The position numbers were made by a program, and so were the translations under genes. A stretch of DNA of 64,000 bases, taken from Felis catus. Taxonomy: Eukaryota. How positions within the stretch are numbered: the stretch's first letter is position 1; each line of letters opens with the position of its first letter. The stretch covers positions 198,030,001 to 198,094,000 of the forward strand of contig NC_058368.1 of the NCBI RefSeq assembly GCF_018350175.1, written 5' to 3'. Of the stretch, positions 51,186-62,900 are shown piece after piece. A model generated the notes under the pieces. That model worked only from the letters and a program-made list of their open reading frames with translations. It had not been told where the DNA came from and did no database searches.

Positions 51186-52075
51186 CTGGAAAGAAGAAAA
51201 TTGATAGATACTTGGTAAGAAGCTGTTGAACTTTTTCTACCACCAATTATTGATTATTCAAAGGATTATTACACGGGCCCTTGGTTTCGTCGTATCCTGA
51301 AAGAGGGCCGATACAGCCCCTTTCTCAGTGTGGGTTGTCTCCGTTTCTGGCCAGGACAATGGTTCTGTCCATCTGTCTGCCTGTCTGTCTGTCTGTCTGT
51401 CTCTCTCTCTGCCCACGTCTCTGTCTAGGACTACATGTAAAAACAACCTTTGGTAATCCGTGACTATAGAACTTCAATCCTTAAGGAATGAGTAAGTGCA
51501 AAGTTTAAAATAACCCACTGAAATGAGAGAAATGTTTCAAACTGTAAATTTCATGTTGGTGATCCTGGATCTGAAATCAAGTTGCTATAGGAACAGGCAG
51601 AAAAGAGAAATATATTGTAGCAAATATATTGGTGGCAGGGACTCTATCTTGCTTTGTTCCCTTTTTGCATTCTCGCGTAATTGAACGTAATGCCCTACAC
51701 GTACACAACACTTCGCGAAGACTTGCTCAATGAACTGATTCCAGAGGACTCGGTTCAACATGTAACTAAGAGCTGTCAAGGAAAGTGACAGAATGATAAG
51801 AGGGGGCTTTCAAGTCTGGAAAGCGACCTTTGCCTCTGCTGCCACTCACATTGCAAATTACGGCATGTTGTGCTCTGGTCAGCCATGACAATAGAGGTGT
51901 AGGGGGGTGACAGTGTTGGGGCACTTCAGATACACGTGGTCTCTGAAATCATTATACCCTCCCCTTGATAATGCTTAATACAGCATGATGCGAATAGTGC
52001 ATTCTAATGTCTTAAAGATCAGAAATTCATCTGCACCATTTGTCACTTGTAAACACAAATACCTGTGGTTTTTTT

Positions 52076-52109
<34 letters not shown>

Positions 52110-52229
52110 GCCTCAGGAAACCAAAGATTCTGAAAAGTATAACTACGGTTCCTTTTAGTCAATTTATCAACATTATTGAAGAAACACATACTATATATTT
52201 CAGATGCAGTCTGTTATCCTGATTAACAA

Positions 52230-52441
52230 ATTTATGTATTTATGCATGTATTTATGCATGTATGTATATATGTATTATGTATGTATGTATGCATTTATTT
52301 ATTTATTTATTCTTTCTTAAGTAGGCTTCCCACTCAGTGTGGAGCCCAGTGTGGGGCTTGAATTCACAACCCTGAGATCAAGATGACCTGAGCTGAGGTC
52401 AAGAGTTAGACACTTAATCGACTGAACCACCCAGACACCCC
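52230..52441 (-). mobile_element. Short CAN-SINE with (TATG)n tail, GZMK intron 4
   Basis: TSD cctgattaacaaat. Confidence 0.85.
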
Positions 52442-52666
52442 CTGATTAACAAATATTTGGAGGGTGCTTATGTCTGGGGGAAGTTCTTATGACTCATTTA
52501 CATGGGAGGATGAGAAAGAACAGAGAACTCAGTGGAGAAATGGAGAGGAACTTTCTGGAGTTGTGATTTTGTGTTCTCCTTACCTCCCCTCTGGGCTGGG
52601 GAGCGAATGGAGCCTTTGCACACAACACAGCATTCTGAGATGCCTGTTTGCCTGATAGTCTCTTAC

Positions 52667-52936
52667 CTGGCAGGAATCTTTGTGGCCTCTGTCATCTCCT
52701 GCACATATCATGCCTTTAGTTATAACAGGGCTGTGGTTGTAATAACTTGGGCTGTTGCAAAGTTTTCGACTTATGACAGTAACGGTGACTTCACGCAGGG
52801 TATCAGAGATCCTTAAAAATTCTGGGTCGGTGGCTCCCCAGCCAGTAACCTGGCATTTTGTTCCAGCTCTAATATCATTTTTGGAGCTTGGGTGCAGCAG
52901 CTGAACATGTTGGTTGAGTGTTGCAGCCGTGTGAAG
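52667..52936 (-). CDS. GZMK: Granzyme K, exon 4 (LHTAATLNQHVQLL...CQVTGWGATD...SDTLREVTVTVISRKLCNS...MICAGDDRGHKDSCQ)
   Basis: 270 nt, 90 open codons, AG/GT boundaries; S1-pocket Asp in KDSC indicates tryptase-type specificity. Confidence 0.98.
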
Positions 52937-53279
52937 CTGACAGATTGAAAAGAGAATAAATAATCATTCGTTCCCAGTAGTATTCTGCTATTAGTCTAAG
53001 CGATGTATGTGTGGTCCCTTTGGTCTAGGAAGGCATCCCTCTTCTTGAATCTACTTTGGTGGTAGCCTGCAGCTGTATTTGTGGCTGTTGCTTTTCTGAA
53101 ATGCTCCCCATTCCCTGTAGAGCTCAATGAGGCTTGGGGAGGGAGCTTACACAGAGCAGGAATTTTTGCCCAGTCTTAAGCAAACTGGCCTTTGCTCTGC
53201 ATTGGATGGGTTTCTGTGGAATAACATCCATAGGTCATGACTTTGAGGGCTGGGCTGTTTCCGCTGGATAAGACCCTTG

Positions 53280-53328
53280 AGTATGGTCTAGACTGAGTTT
53301 GGACTAGACTAAGTATGGTCTAGACTAA
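53280..53328 (+). repeat. 16-nt tandem repeat, three copies (agtatggtctagacta), GZMK intron 3
   Basis: Read directly from the sequence. Confidence 0.85.
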
Positions 53329-53714
53329 GATATAACTCACTTCCGTGTCCCTGAATTCACTTGGTTGGCTCAGTTGTATAAAGGACTTGTATTTTTCATT
53401 TGCTAATGATAAAAGCATTTGGGAAAAAAGCTTTCGGTGGGGATCCTTGGGCTTGCTGGGATGTTCCCTTCCCACATGTGTGAGCATCATGACTGCTTTT
53501 CCTTGTATAAACACAGCCCTCATGCATTTGTGATCAATTCTTGTTTCTTTTAAGGCTGTATATAGAGTAGAATGGGCCTTTATAGAATATGTCACAGTTA
53601 CCTCAGACGTGGGGATGATGCTAACAAGATGCTTTTGATTGACAACTTAACAACTGAAATATGCTATGCTGTATAAGAATGCTGGAGACATTGAAGGAAG
53701 GCAATACTACATAC

Positions 53715-53865
53715 CTGAATTAGCATAATATCATTTGACTGACGATATGATGTAAGTCTTGAGAATGGTATGAATTTTTTAATATCAAACATTTGTTTGG
53801 AGGCCTCATTCTTTGAGAGAGAGTGTGCTCCTAAAATCACTTTGAAAAGCTGGCCTTTGTGATTC
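53715..53865 (-). CDS. GZMK: Granzyme K, exon 3 (NHKGQLFKVILGAHSLSKNEASKQMFDIKKFIPFSRLTSYRQSNDIMLIQ)
   Basis: 151 nt, tttag acceptor and cag|gtat donor; catalytic Asp (NDIML); LGAHSLSKNEASKQ is characteristic of GZMK. Confidence 0.98.
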
Positions 53866-55027
53866 CTAAAAAAAAAAGCAGAGAATAGAAGGAACAGAAT
53901 AAGTACCAAATACCCCAATGGGGGGTAAAAATGGTGGACAAGGAACAGGGACCGTCTCCAAGGTAACACATCTAGGATTAGGTGGAGTGACAGAGGTCTT
54001 TGTGGACCCAAGCATGAATGGACAATATCAAAGGCCAAAGGTCTGCTCTCAGACTCACCCCAATTCAAAATTCCATAGTATTGGAAAAGGATATCAGAAC
54101 TTATACCCTACTGTGGGGAAAAGGAACGGACTTCTAACTGCCTGAGATCAAGTTTACAACAAAATTATGTTAATTTACGTAGAAGTACATTCTATTTCTT
54201 GAGTTGTGGGTTGAAATTTATATCCACCAATGTTAATTTTTTTAATTAAGGTAAAATATACATAAACATAAACTTTAAACCATTTCGAAGCGTACCTTTC
54301 TGTAGCATTAAATACACTTACATTGTTGTTCATGTCTCACTGCCATCAATCTCCAGAACTTTCTCATCTTCCCAACGTTAAGTGTTTTAATAACTAAAAG
54401 GTAAAAACTCAACTCTGCATTTGCTAATCTTGTATATGTAGACCTCATCTCAGGGCCATTGGGAGAATAAGATCCATTACGTGGCTGTCAGATAAGCTAT
54501 GTTCTGTCCCTTCAATTAGAAAGGGTATTTGGACAAGAAAGGAAAATGTTCCTCAAGGTGAAAAATAATTGCTAATTCGAAATAAAGACACTGTAGGGTT
54601 GGTAGACATTGAAAATTCCATTCTGGAGATTTAGAAGATATAAACAGGTGAGTCAGATAAAGAAACAATAGTTTTGTTTTGTTTTGTTTTGTTTTGTTTT
54701 GTTTTGTTTTACCCCTGGTCACACACAGTTGTAGTACCATTGTTTCAATAGTGCCACAATTGATTTGATTTACTGCATGTTGGACAAAATTACATTTACA
54801 TCTCGTTATGAAAATAGAAACAATTTTTTTTAAGATCTTGACAAAACCTTGGGGCTTTTGGCATACTGTAAAAAAATCCCATTTTAACATGTGCCTTTAG
54901 GAAGCCACTTCAAATCCTTTAGGAAGGAAGAAAGGTTATGAAAGGACATTTGTTTACATACAACTATTTCATTGTCACTTGACAAAGGAATCAAGACAGA
55001 TTACAATAAAAACATCCATACCCACAT

Positions 55028-55410
55028 GAGTCAGACGGAGAAAGACAAATGGTTTTTGCTTATATGTGGAATCTAAAAAACAAAACACACGAACAAACAA
55101 ACAGAAACAGATTCATAGATACAGAGAACAAACTGGTGGTTGTCAGAGGGGAGAAGTGGGGGGGGGGGGTTGGGCAAAATAGGTGAAAGGAATTAAGAGG
55201 TACAAACTTTCAGTTATAAAATAACTCAAGGGGATGAAAAGTACAGCATAGGGAATATAGTCAAAAATATTGTAATACCTTTGGTAACAGATGGTAATTA
55301 CACTTATAGTGACCATTTCATTGTGCACGTAATTGTCGAATCTCTATGTTATACATCTGAAACTAATATAACATTGCATGTCAACTATACTTTAATTAAA
55401 AATAAAAAAA
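55028..55410 (+). mobile_element. L1 3'UTR fragment in GZMK intron 2
   Basis: cttatatgtggaatctaaaaaac...tgtcaactatactttaattaaaaa. Confidence 0.85.
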
Positions 55411-56279
55411 CCACACATTCCCATACCTACAGATTAATAAAGATTAATAAGAATTTTTTAAAAATACAAAAACATATAGGAAAAGGAAGAAAGTGTTTCA
55501 GCTTTGAAGAATAAGCTCATGACTATGGTAGGGTAGTTTTGGATATGGTGGGACTGTGGCTGCTGGGAATGATCACTGTTCAGTTTCTACCAAAAGAGTT
55601 TATTTTGGTTTATTTGGGGAATTTCAGCTCTATTTGTTGAAAAGTTTTCCTATTGCAAAATCAGGATGGGGATGAGATTTCTCAAAGGATGTGGATCGGA
55701 TTTCCTAGGATTGATTCAAACTCAAATTCAACATACTCATTAAATCCAAACTTTGGGGGTGGGGGTGGGGAGGGTAGAAAATGATACCAAAGCCCCGGGA
55801 CTACTGCTTTAACAGAAAAGATGGATACATGCATAAATAACTAACACAAGGAAGGCTGTGAGGTTCAAATGCAGGGTGTGGAAGATGAATTTTGATTAGG
55901 GGATGGATGCCGACAATTTTTCTGATCTTCCTCATCTTTTACCAATTTCCTTGATGAGTTAATGCCTTTGAAATGTTTTGATTATTTTCATTTCCACTGG
56001 GACATATTAATATCAAAAACAACCCAAGCAGACCACGAACGCTCTCTGACTTCGCATTTCCGGGTACACTTCATCTGTAATCTATACTACAAAGGTCAAT
56101 TTTTCTTCCCACAGAATACCTGGAATTACCTGAGTTCTAGGTTCCCCCTCCTTAGCTAAACCCACGTCTGAATTCACACAGAAAAGAAGTCATGATACCG
56201 GCATTTTTCATTCATTTGTTTGTTGTAGGGTTTTTCTTGGACCACCTGCTTCAGAATCATATGGAGATGTGTGTTTATA

Positions 56280-56304
56280 TTTTTTTAATTTTTTAAAGTA
56301 GAGA

Positions 56305-56335
<31 letters not shown>

Positions 56336-56494
56336 GAAGAGGGAAGACAGAGAGAGTGAGAGAGAGTGAGAGAGAATCCCAAGCAGGTTCCATGCTGACA
56401 ATGCAGAGCTTGACACGGGGCTCAAACCGTGAGATCATGACTTGAGCCAAAATCAAGAGACGGACACTTAACTGACTGAGTCACCCAGGTGCCC
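56280..56494 (-). mobile_element. CAN-SINE, GZMK intron 2
   Basis: Consensus match. Confidence 0.88.
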
Positions 56495-57059
56495 TTGGAG
56501 GGTTTAAAACAAAATACAGCTTTCTGAGTCCCACCCTGGACTTACCTGGAACAGAACTACATGCAGAACAGGAACAAAAATATTGTTTGCAGTCTTTTCT
56601 TGACATCCAGGCTTCTACTGAAACACCCTCACTATTGGGCCTAAAAATAACCCTTCTACCCTTCTCAGTACTGCTCAAGTTGATGTGCTGTATAGTCCTC
56701 ACTGGTAAAAGGGTTCTTTGGCCAAAGGTGACACACATGATAAGTAGGGAAAGCAGGACTCAAACCCAGCTTTCGTGATTTCAAGTCCAGTGCCCTTTCC
56801 ATGACACCTCTGTAAGCCCCATGCCAAGCCCCTTCGAGACTCGTATTTCCTCTGCCATTTGCCTTGGCACTGAGCCATGTTTCTGCTTAGACACTCCTCC
56901 AGGGCGGACAAAGACAGGGTCCTTATTTCCTGGAGGTCTCTTTAGTCTAAGAGAGGAAGGAATTACCTGGTTGTCTGAGAGGGGTTATTACAGTCCCATC
57001 CTCAACACGACTGGATCATCGGACTTGTGCTTCAGTGACTACCATGGAAAGTACAGATA

Positions 57060-57340
57060 ATAACGTAATGACATTATATGCCATTTACTAGGTTATTGTG
57101 GTGTGTCAGGTTTTGTGCCAAGCGTTTTACATATTTTCCCTCATTTAAACCTCACAGCAGTCCTGTGAGGGAGGTATTACGATTATCCCCACGTTTCAGA
57201 TGAGAAGACTGAGACGCAGGTAAATCAACAAACTTGCGAAAGTCCCACAGACATTAAGGGGAGGCTCCAGGATGCAATGCAGGCGGGACTGAAGTTCAGC
57301 TGGTTTGAGTCTGGGGTCTGAATCCTCACCATTTACTCTG
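57060..57340 (-). mobile_element. MIR SINE in GZMK intron 2
   Basis: ctcatttaaacctcacagcagtcctgtgagggaggtatt...cagatgagaagactgag. Confidence 0.8.
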
Positions 57341-59109
57341 GGTGCCCCGAGTTGTCTGAGGTGGGATGAGGCCATGTGGAAGGGGCGGGGGGGGGGACGG
57401 GGAGGGGGGCGGCGGTCATCTAATTACAGCCCAAGCAGGTGAGAGGAGGGGTGCTCCGTGAGGGAAGGCGGTGGACAAGAGTTGGTGAGAATTTTGCTTC
57501 TGATAAATCGAAAGACTGAAAATAAGATTAGACAAAAGCCTTTTTACGGGTTTGCTTTTATGGTTGGCATGGCAACTAGTGGAGGGGCCAAGAGACGCAG
57601 TGGGGAACGGCTAGTGAGATGGGGGCACCCCAGGTTTGGCCTCCTTCACAGTTTTGCTGAAAGAGGGGCCTGGAATTAGTAAGCTATTCCCCCAGGATGC
57701 TTGGGAGTACATTTGTGGGAAGCCACCATTAAACTATTTCATAAATATTTTGGATTTCATAAAGCTTAATATTTTTCTAAGCATCAATCCGCCTACATTT
57801 TTACACCCAAGTGTCCTGTACAGGAAATCTGATCCACATATTCTGGAGTTCTTTAAACTCTGGCCATTGAAAATGGTATTTAGCAAGAGTTGGTTTTTCT
57901 TTCTTTCTGTCTTTTTTTTTTTTTTTTTAATTTAATTCCAAGACCTCTCTTCCCCAATTTGTCAGCTTGAGGACCCACTCCTACTGAGTTAAGTTCATTT
58001 GACAAAATTTTAAATTCAAATTAATACTATTATTCACTTTTTGGATAGCACTTTATGGCTTGTGAAGGACTTGACACACTGTGTTTTTGGCTTAGAAAAA
58101 AAAAAAAAAGTCTTCCAATTTTCCAATTTCTCTCCTTCCTTCTATCCGGCCTTTGTTGAGCGTTTATAATAAGTCAAGCTCTGGGTAGGTTAGAGTCCAC
58201 TTGAATGTGTACCGTAAGAATATTTGAAGATGTGCATATTTTGAATGGGATGAACATTTATTGGTAGTCACCCTCTGCCTAGCTGGTCCCCGGGGGGCAC
58301 ACATGCTCTGAATAGGGACATAAGGGTGACTTCTATGACAGCAAACCCTCATTTGAATGAGGTAGCCATTTTAAATTGGAAATCAGTGGCTTGTTATTTA
58401 GAAATAAAACAGAAGTCCTCACTTTCCACAGGCTTCAAAATTCCTAATTTGTGTCTAGTCTTATTAAAGGGGGGGGGGGGCAAGTCAATTCAGTTGTTCT
58501 GTAGCCTGGAGAGCAAACCATTGTGGCCAAGAGATTCTTAAGTGAAGCACTCTAATGTTCGTCAGGAAAGAAGTCCCCATCTCTTGGCTTGTGTGGGCAA
58601 GAAACATAAGGAAGAAACATACAAACAACAACAAAAACAAATAAAAAACAAACAAAAAACACCCTCTCCCCAAACCAAACAAGTAAACAAAACAGCAGCA
58701 AACAGCAAATTGGTTTTCCATTGCTTTTCTTTTTGCAAAGGTTACAGCACCCCAAGAAGAGTGTTGGACTTTTTTTTAGCTGACGTAAGAGAATCACAGA
58801 CCAAAATGTAGTATGAGAGGTTGTGATCTGTCTTCGGAAAAGCTTTGTTCTAAGTATTCCAGAAAAAATAACTCTTTCTCTCCCTGTGCAAATCAGCTAT
58901 AACTTTTCTGTTTTTAACTGGGAAGTCTGTTGTCCCTTTCCAGCTGTGATTCCCAAACTGTGGGCCTCAGGCCTCTGGGGTGGAAGGTGATGCAGAGGCG
59001 TTAACATAAGGGGTCTAAAAATCCATTTAACAAAGCAGGCTTCTTGTACACATAACAATAACAGCTGCAATTTATTCGTACTTACTCTGTGCTAAGCAGA
59101 CCAAAATAT

Positions 59110-59323
59110 TTAATTTTTTTTTAACGTTTATTCATTTTTTGATAGAGAGAGACAGAGCGTGAGTGGGGGAGGGGCAGAGAGAGAGGGAGACACAGAATCC
59201 GAAGCAGGCTCCAGGCTCTGAGCCATCAGCCCAGAGCCCGACGCGGGGCTCGAACTCACGGACCGTGAGATCATGACCTGAGCTGAAGTCGGACGTTTAA
59301 CTGACTGAGCCACCCAGGCGCCC
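59110..59323 (-). mobile_element. CAN-SINE, GZMK intron 2
   Basis: Near-consensus, imperfect TSD agca(g/t)ac(c/t)aaaatattt. Confidence 0.93.
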
Positions 59324-59654
59324 CAGCATACTAAAATATTTAAATAGATACTATTTAATCCTCAAAAGCCCACAAAGTAGGTACTGTTATTATTATTACC
59401 CTTTTGTAAAACGGGAAAGGGAAGGTGCAAACTCAAGTTGTCTGAAAAGTTCTGGAATGCCACTCTCCAACTACTACTGTTGCTGTCTTCCCTGGCATTA
59501 CACGGAGGACTTGGATTTGTCCAGTGGCTTGCCTGGGAAAGGTGACGCAACTCTCCCTGAAAAGGAAAACTCAGGGCAGAAAACTTGGGTGTGCAAGAGG
59601 CTAAGTGAACTCCACCAGTTGGTCAGTGATCACAGAAGCTAAGGGTAGATCAGA

Positions 59655-60067
59655 ATCTTGCCATTCACATGGCACAACATGGATGGACCTAGAAGGTATT
59701 ATGCTAGGAGAAAGAAGCCAGAGAAGGACTAATACCTTATGATTTCACCTACATGTGGAATGTAAAAAACAGAAACAAAAACAGTGAACAAATAAACAAT
59801 AACAACAAAAAAGAGAGAAACAGACACAGAAATGTGGAGAACAAACTGGTGGTTGCCAGAGGGAAGTGGAGGGGGAGCTGGACAAAATGGGTGAGGGGGA
59901 TTCATAAGTCACGGGGATGATGAATACAGCATAGGGAACAGAGTCAGTAATATTGTAATGCACTTAATCGTGTTGAGCCTCTCAGAATATATTTAATTTT
60001 TGCATCACTGTGTTGTACATCTGAAACTCCTTTAATATTGTATGTCAACTCTACTTCAACTAAAAAA
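59655..60067 (+). mobile_element. L1 3' fragment in GZMK intron 2
   Basis: atcttgccatt...acatggatggacctagaaggtattatgct...tgtcaactctacttcaa. Confidence 0.85.
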
Positions 60068-60247
60068 TATGTATGTATATATGAACAGAACTGTCATGAG
60101 TACCCCTTGATATCACATGTGTATTCATCAAACGTTTCTGTGCTCATCACATTTAGAATGCTCAAAAACAAAATTGTCTCCCGGGACAGGGGAGCTTCCC
60201 TTTTGGCCAGTCGAGGTAGAACACGAAAGCCCAGAGCCGGGACTCAC

Positions 60248-60395
60248 CGGGAGCGGCAGTGGGCTGCCGAAAGCACCCACTGTGGGTGGATCAGCACTCC
60301 ACCGCAGACATGGTGGCCGCTGTACTGGATGGAAGCCATGAATGGCCTGGAATGTGGCGACACTTCTCTCCCTCCAATAATCTCCATGCTGAAAC
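60248..60395 (-). CDS. GZMK: Granzyme K, exon 2 ([50 protein letters not shown])
   Basis: 148 nt between ttttcttctgtag and cg|gtgagt; ME propeptide, mature IIGG N-terminus, PHSRPFMA granzyme motif, catalytic His (AAHC); closely matches human GZMK as recalled. Confidence 0.98.
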
Positions 60396-60756
60396 CTACA
60401 GAAGAAAACCCAACGATTCAATCAACATGAGAGATCGGAACAGATTGTTTCACGTCATTCTTCTTTCGACAGTAAATATATCATTTCAAGGATGAAAAGA
60501 ACCCAACAACCCTACAGTCACCTAAAAGTTATTATAATTTCACTGGTAAACAATTGTAAAACACATTTAATAATATCTAATAATATATTGGTTTAATCAT
60601 ATGTAATTTAACAACGATATAATCAACAGAAGAATTTAATCGTGCAGTGTAGAGGGATAGACACGGTTGTGAGAAATCATTTCATTTATAAGAAACAATA
60701 CGATCACTTAGAAAGTCATTTAACGCTCAGACGTGGTAAGTAGAGGAGATACTTAC

Positions 60757-60817
60757 ACTCTGGAGTCATAGAAACGCCAGCTGTTAGGAAAATTAGAGAA
60801 AAGTAAAACTCCATCAT
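60757..60817 (-). CDS. GZMK: Granzyme K, coding exon 1 (signal peptide MMEFYFSLIFLTAGVSMTPE)
   Basis: ATG at 60817, hydrophobic leader, phase-1 donor T|gtaagt; joins exon 2 in frame (Cys codon T+GT). Confidence 0.93.
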
Positions 60818-60899
60818 TTCAAAGCCTTGATTTAAGAAGCGCAGGTGAAATATCCTGACTGCACTGGCAAAGGAGAGAAGATTCTGAAGACTGAGTGTT

Positions 60900-61180
60900 G
60901 ATCTTGAAAGTTTTAACTGTCTCACCCCACGCGTTCCAGAAGTAAGGTTTTTTCACACCTATGTGTGAAAGTGTACCTCTGTTTGAGGAGATCGGATCCA
61001 AGCTGTTAACACTTCTTTGATGTGTTATGCAATAACGATCTCATTTCCTGTAACATCTTCGATACCTGAGTACTCGTGTTATAAAAGGTGAAAGAATAAT
61101 AAATAGCCAAGAGCTTAATGAAGTCGCAAAGTCCCAAGGTGTTGATTGCTCTAAATCAATACTTCCTATTTTCCTGACAG
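60900..61180 (-). promoter_or_regulatory. GZMK proximal promoter: TATA-like TTAAAA (60911-60916), palindromic T-box site (60951-60970), ETS cores
   Basis: tttcacacctatgtgtgaaa matches the T-box palindrome TTTCACACCTAGGTGTGAAA at 19/20; ACAGGAAATG on minus strand near 61042-61051. Confidence 0.75.
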
Positions 61181-61503
61181 AAAATGGTGCCTATCGTATT
61201 TGGTTTCTCACCATTTTTCATTTGGACGTAGACGTATTACGTAGAGAGACATGGAACTTTGCACGGAGCATGATTGCATTGCAATAAGGCTTGGTTGAAA
61301 CCTGAACACCATCCAGAGGAAACCAGCTATATTTTGCAGCAAACTTATTCGTAGCCAGGCCGTTTACTTTAAATTTGACTAAATCTGGGTTAACTTTAGT
61401 TACATTTTGGCGGGGTGGGGGGAAGATTTCATCATGTATTAGAAAGGAACATTAGCAACATATTTGTAATTTGGAGTCTCTCCTTTACCCATATAAAAAA
61501 AAA

Positions 61504-61731
61504 TTTTTTTTTTTAATTTTTTTTTTTTTCAACGTTTATTTATTTTCGGAACAGAGAGAGACAGAGCATGAACGGGGAGGGGCAGAGAGAGAGGGAGACA
61601 TAGAATCGGAAACAGGCTCCAGGCTCCGAGCCATCAGCCCAGAGCCCGATGCGGTGCTCGAACTCACGGACCGCGAGATCGTGACCTGGCTGAAGTCGGA
61701 CGCTTAACCGACTGCGCCACCCAGGTGCCCC
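61504..61731 (-). mobile_element. Young felid CAN-SINE
   Basis: Near-consensus; sits in the tail of the short L1. Confidence 0.94.
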
Positions 61732-61734
61732 CAA

Positions 61735-61802
61735 AAATTTTTTTTAATATATGAAATTTATTGCCAAATTGGTTCCCATACAACACCCAGTGCTCATCCC
61801 AA
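61735..61802 (-). mobile_element. Very short young L1 3' terminus
   Basis: Nearly identical to the L1 end at 4211-4268. Confidence 0.8.
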
Positions 61803-62599
61803 ACTCCTTTACTCATTTTTAAGTGAAAATTATCATACGGTTTTCCAGGGCCTTGATAATAATATCTTTTCAAAATGAAAGACCACATTTTGTCGTTCTC
61901 CCCGGGAACAGATGATACTGTATTACAGCCTTTCTATGGTACTTTCTCATCACCAGCAAAGCTATTAGACTTCATATTCCTCAAGATTCTGTTTGTGCTT
62001 CATGCTGATCAAGAGCATACATTTTGTAAGATGAGTACAAACAGGTAAATCAGGCACTGGAACCCCAATCCAGAGATACCGACCAAAATTTACCTTGAAT
62101 TAACAGACCTTATTTTCTTTTCTCTAAGATACATGCGTCTTATCCTCTATTTTTGTCATCAAGGAGAATTGAAATCTAGAGCTATTATGCTTGGTAGATT
62201 GCAAGAGAGTCCTACCAAGCTGGTGTTTTTTAGCATAAGACAGTGGGAAAAATAATAAACAATTTTATAATTGTATATTATATCTTATACTTCAAAAATA
62301 TAAGTGAAGTGTCTTAAATTATTTCCAAAGTTCTCTTTACATGATCACTGATATCTTTTCAGTTCTTATGTCTGTGAGGAAGGCAGGTCAATTATACTCA
62401 CATTACAACTGAAGAAACAGGCTCAGGGATGTTAAGTAATTGATCTAAGGTCACACAGCATGCAACTGGGACCAAATCATTTGCCTGACCTGAAATTCCT
62501 TGTTTGTTAACAAATACATTGCCAGAGCACAGCCTTTGAAAAAGATCCTGTTTTCACTTCACAAGGGTGCAGCACTGGTGAAGGTCTTCTGAGTGTCAA

Positions 62600-62900
62600 A
62601 TAAGCAGAATTAACAAAACCAGTTCAGAGCAGCGACTTCCTGTTGCAGAGTCCCACGGGCGAGACAAGGAGCCAGATCAAGAAAAGCCACGTAATAAACC
62701 AAACTTGTTAATTCCAGCCAAATGTCCCTATGAATTTTCGAGTCGTCTTTATCACCGCTGATGTGCCTTAGATCCCTCACAAGCCACTTTTCCAAACTGT
62801 AAAGTGGACCTGATGATGCCAGCTCCCTACTGTGTCCCAGTGATGTTGGGAACATAAAGAAAATAATGTGTGACACCCGGAAGTGGTTTGAACTCTGAGG
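62600..62900. promoter_or_regulatory. Candidate upstream enhancer of GZMK (ETS, ETS:RUNX-like, T-box half site)
   Basis: ACTTCCTGT 62635-62643; TGACACC overlapping CCGGAAGTGGTTT 62871-62889. Confidence 0.4.

Noticed and set aside
53280..53328. Repeat array resembling CRISPR
   Set aside because: Eukaryotic intronic minisatellite with no spacers.
53664..54068. 134-aa ORF as a standalone gene
   Set aside because: Only 53715-53865 is coding (GZMK exon 3); the rest is intron.
60934..60941. STAT site in the GZMK promoter (TTCCAGAA)
   Set aside because: Spacer is 2 nt rather than the canonical 3 nt.
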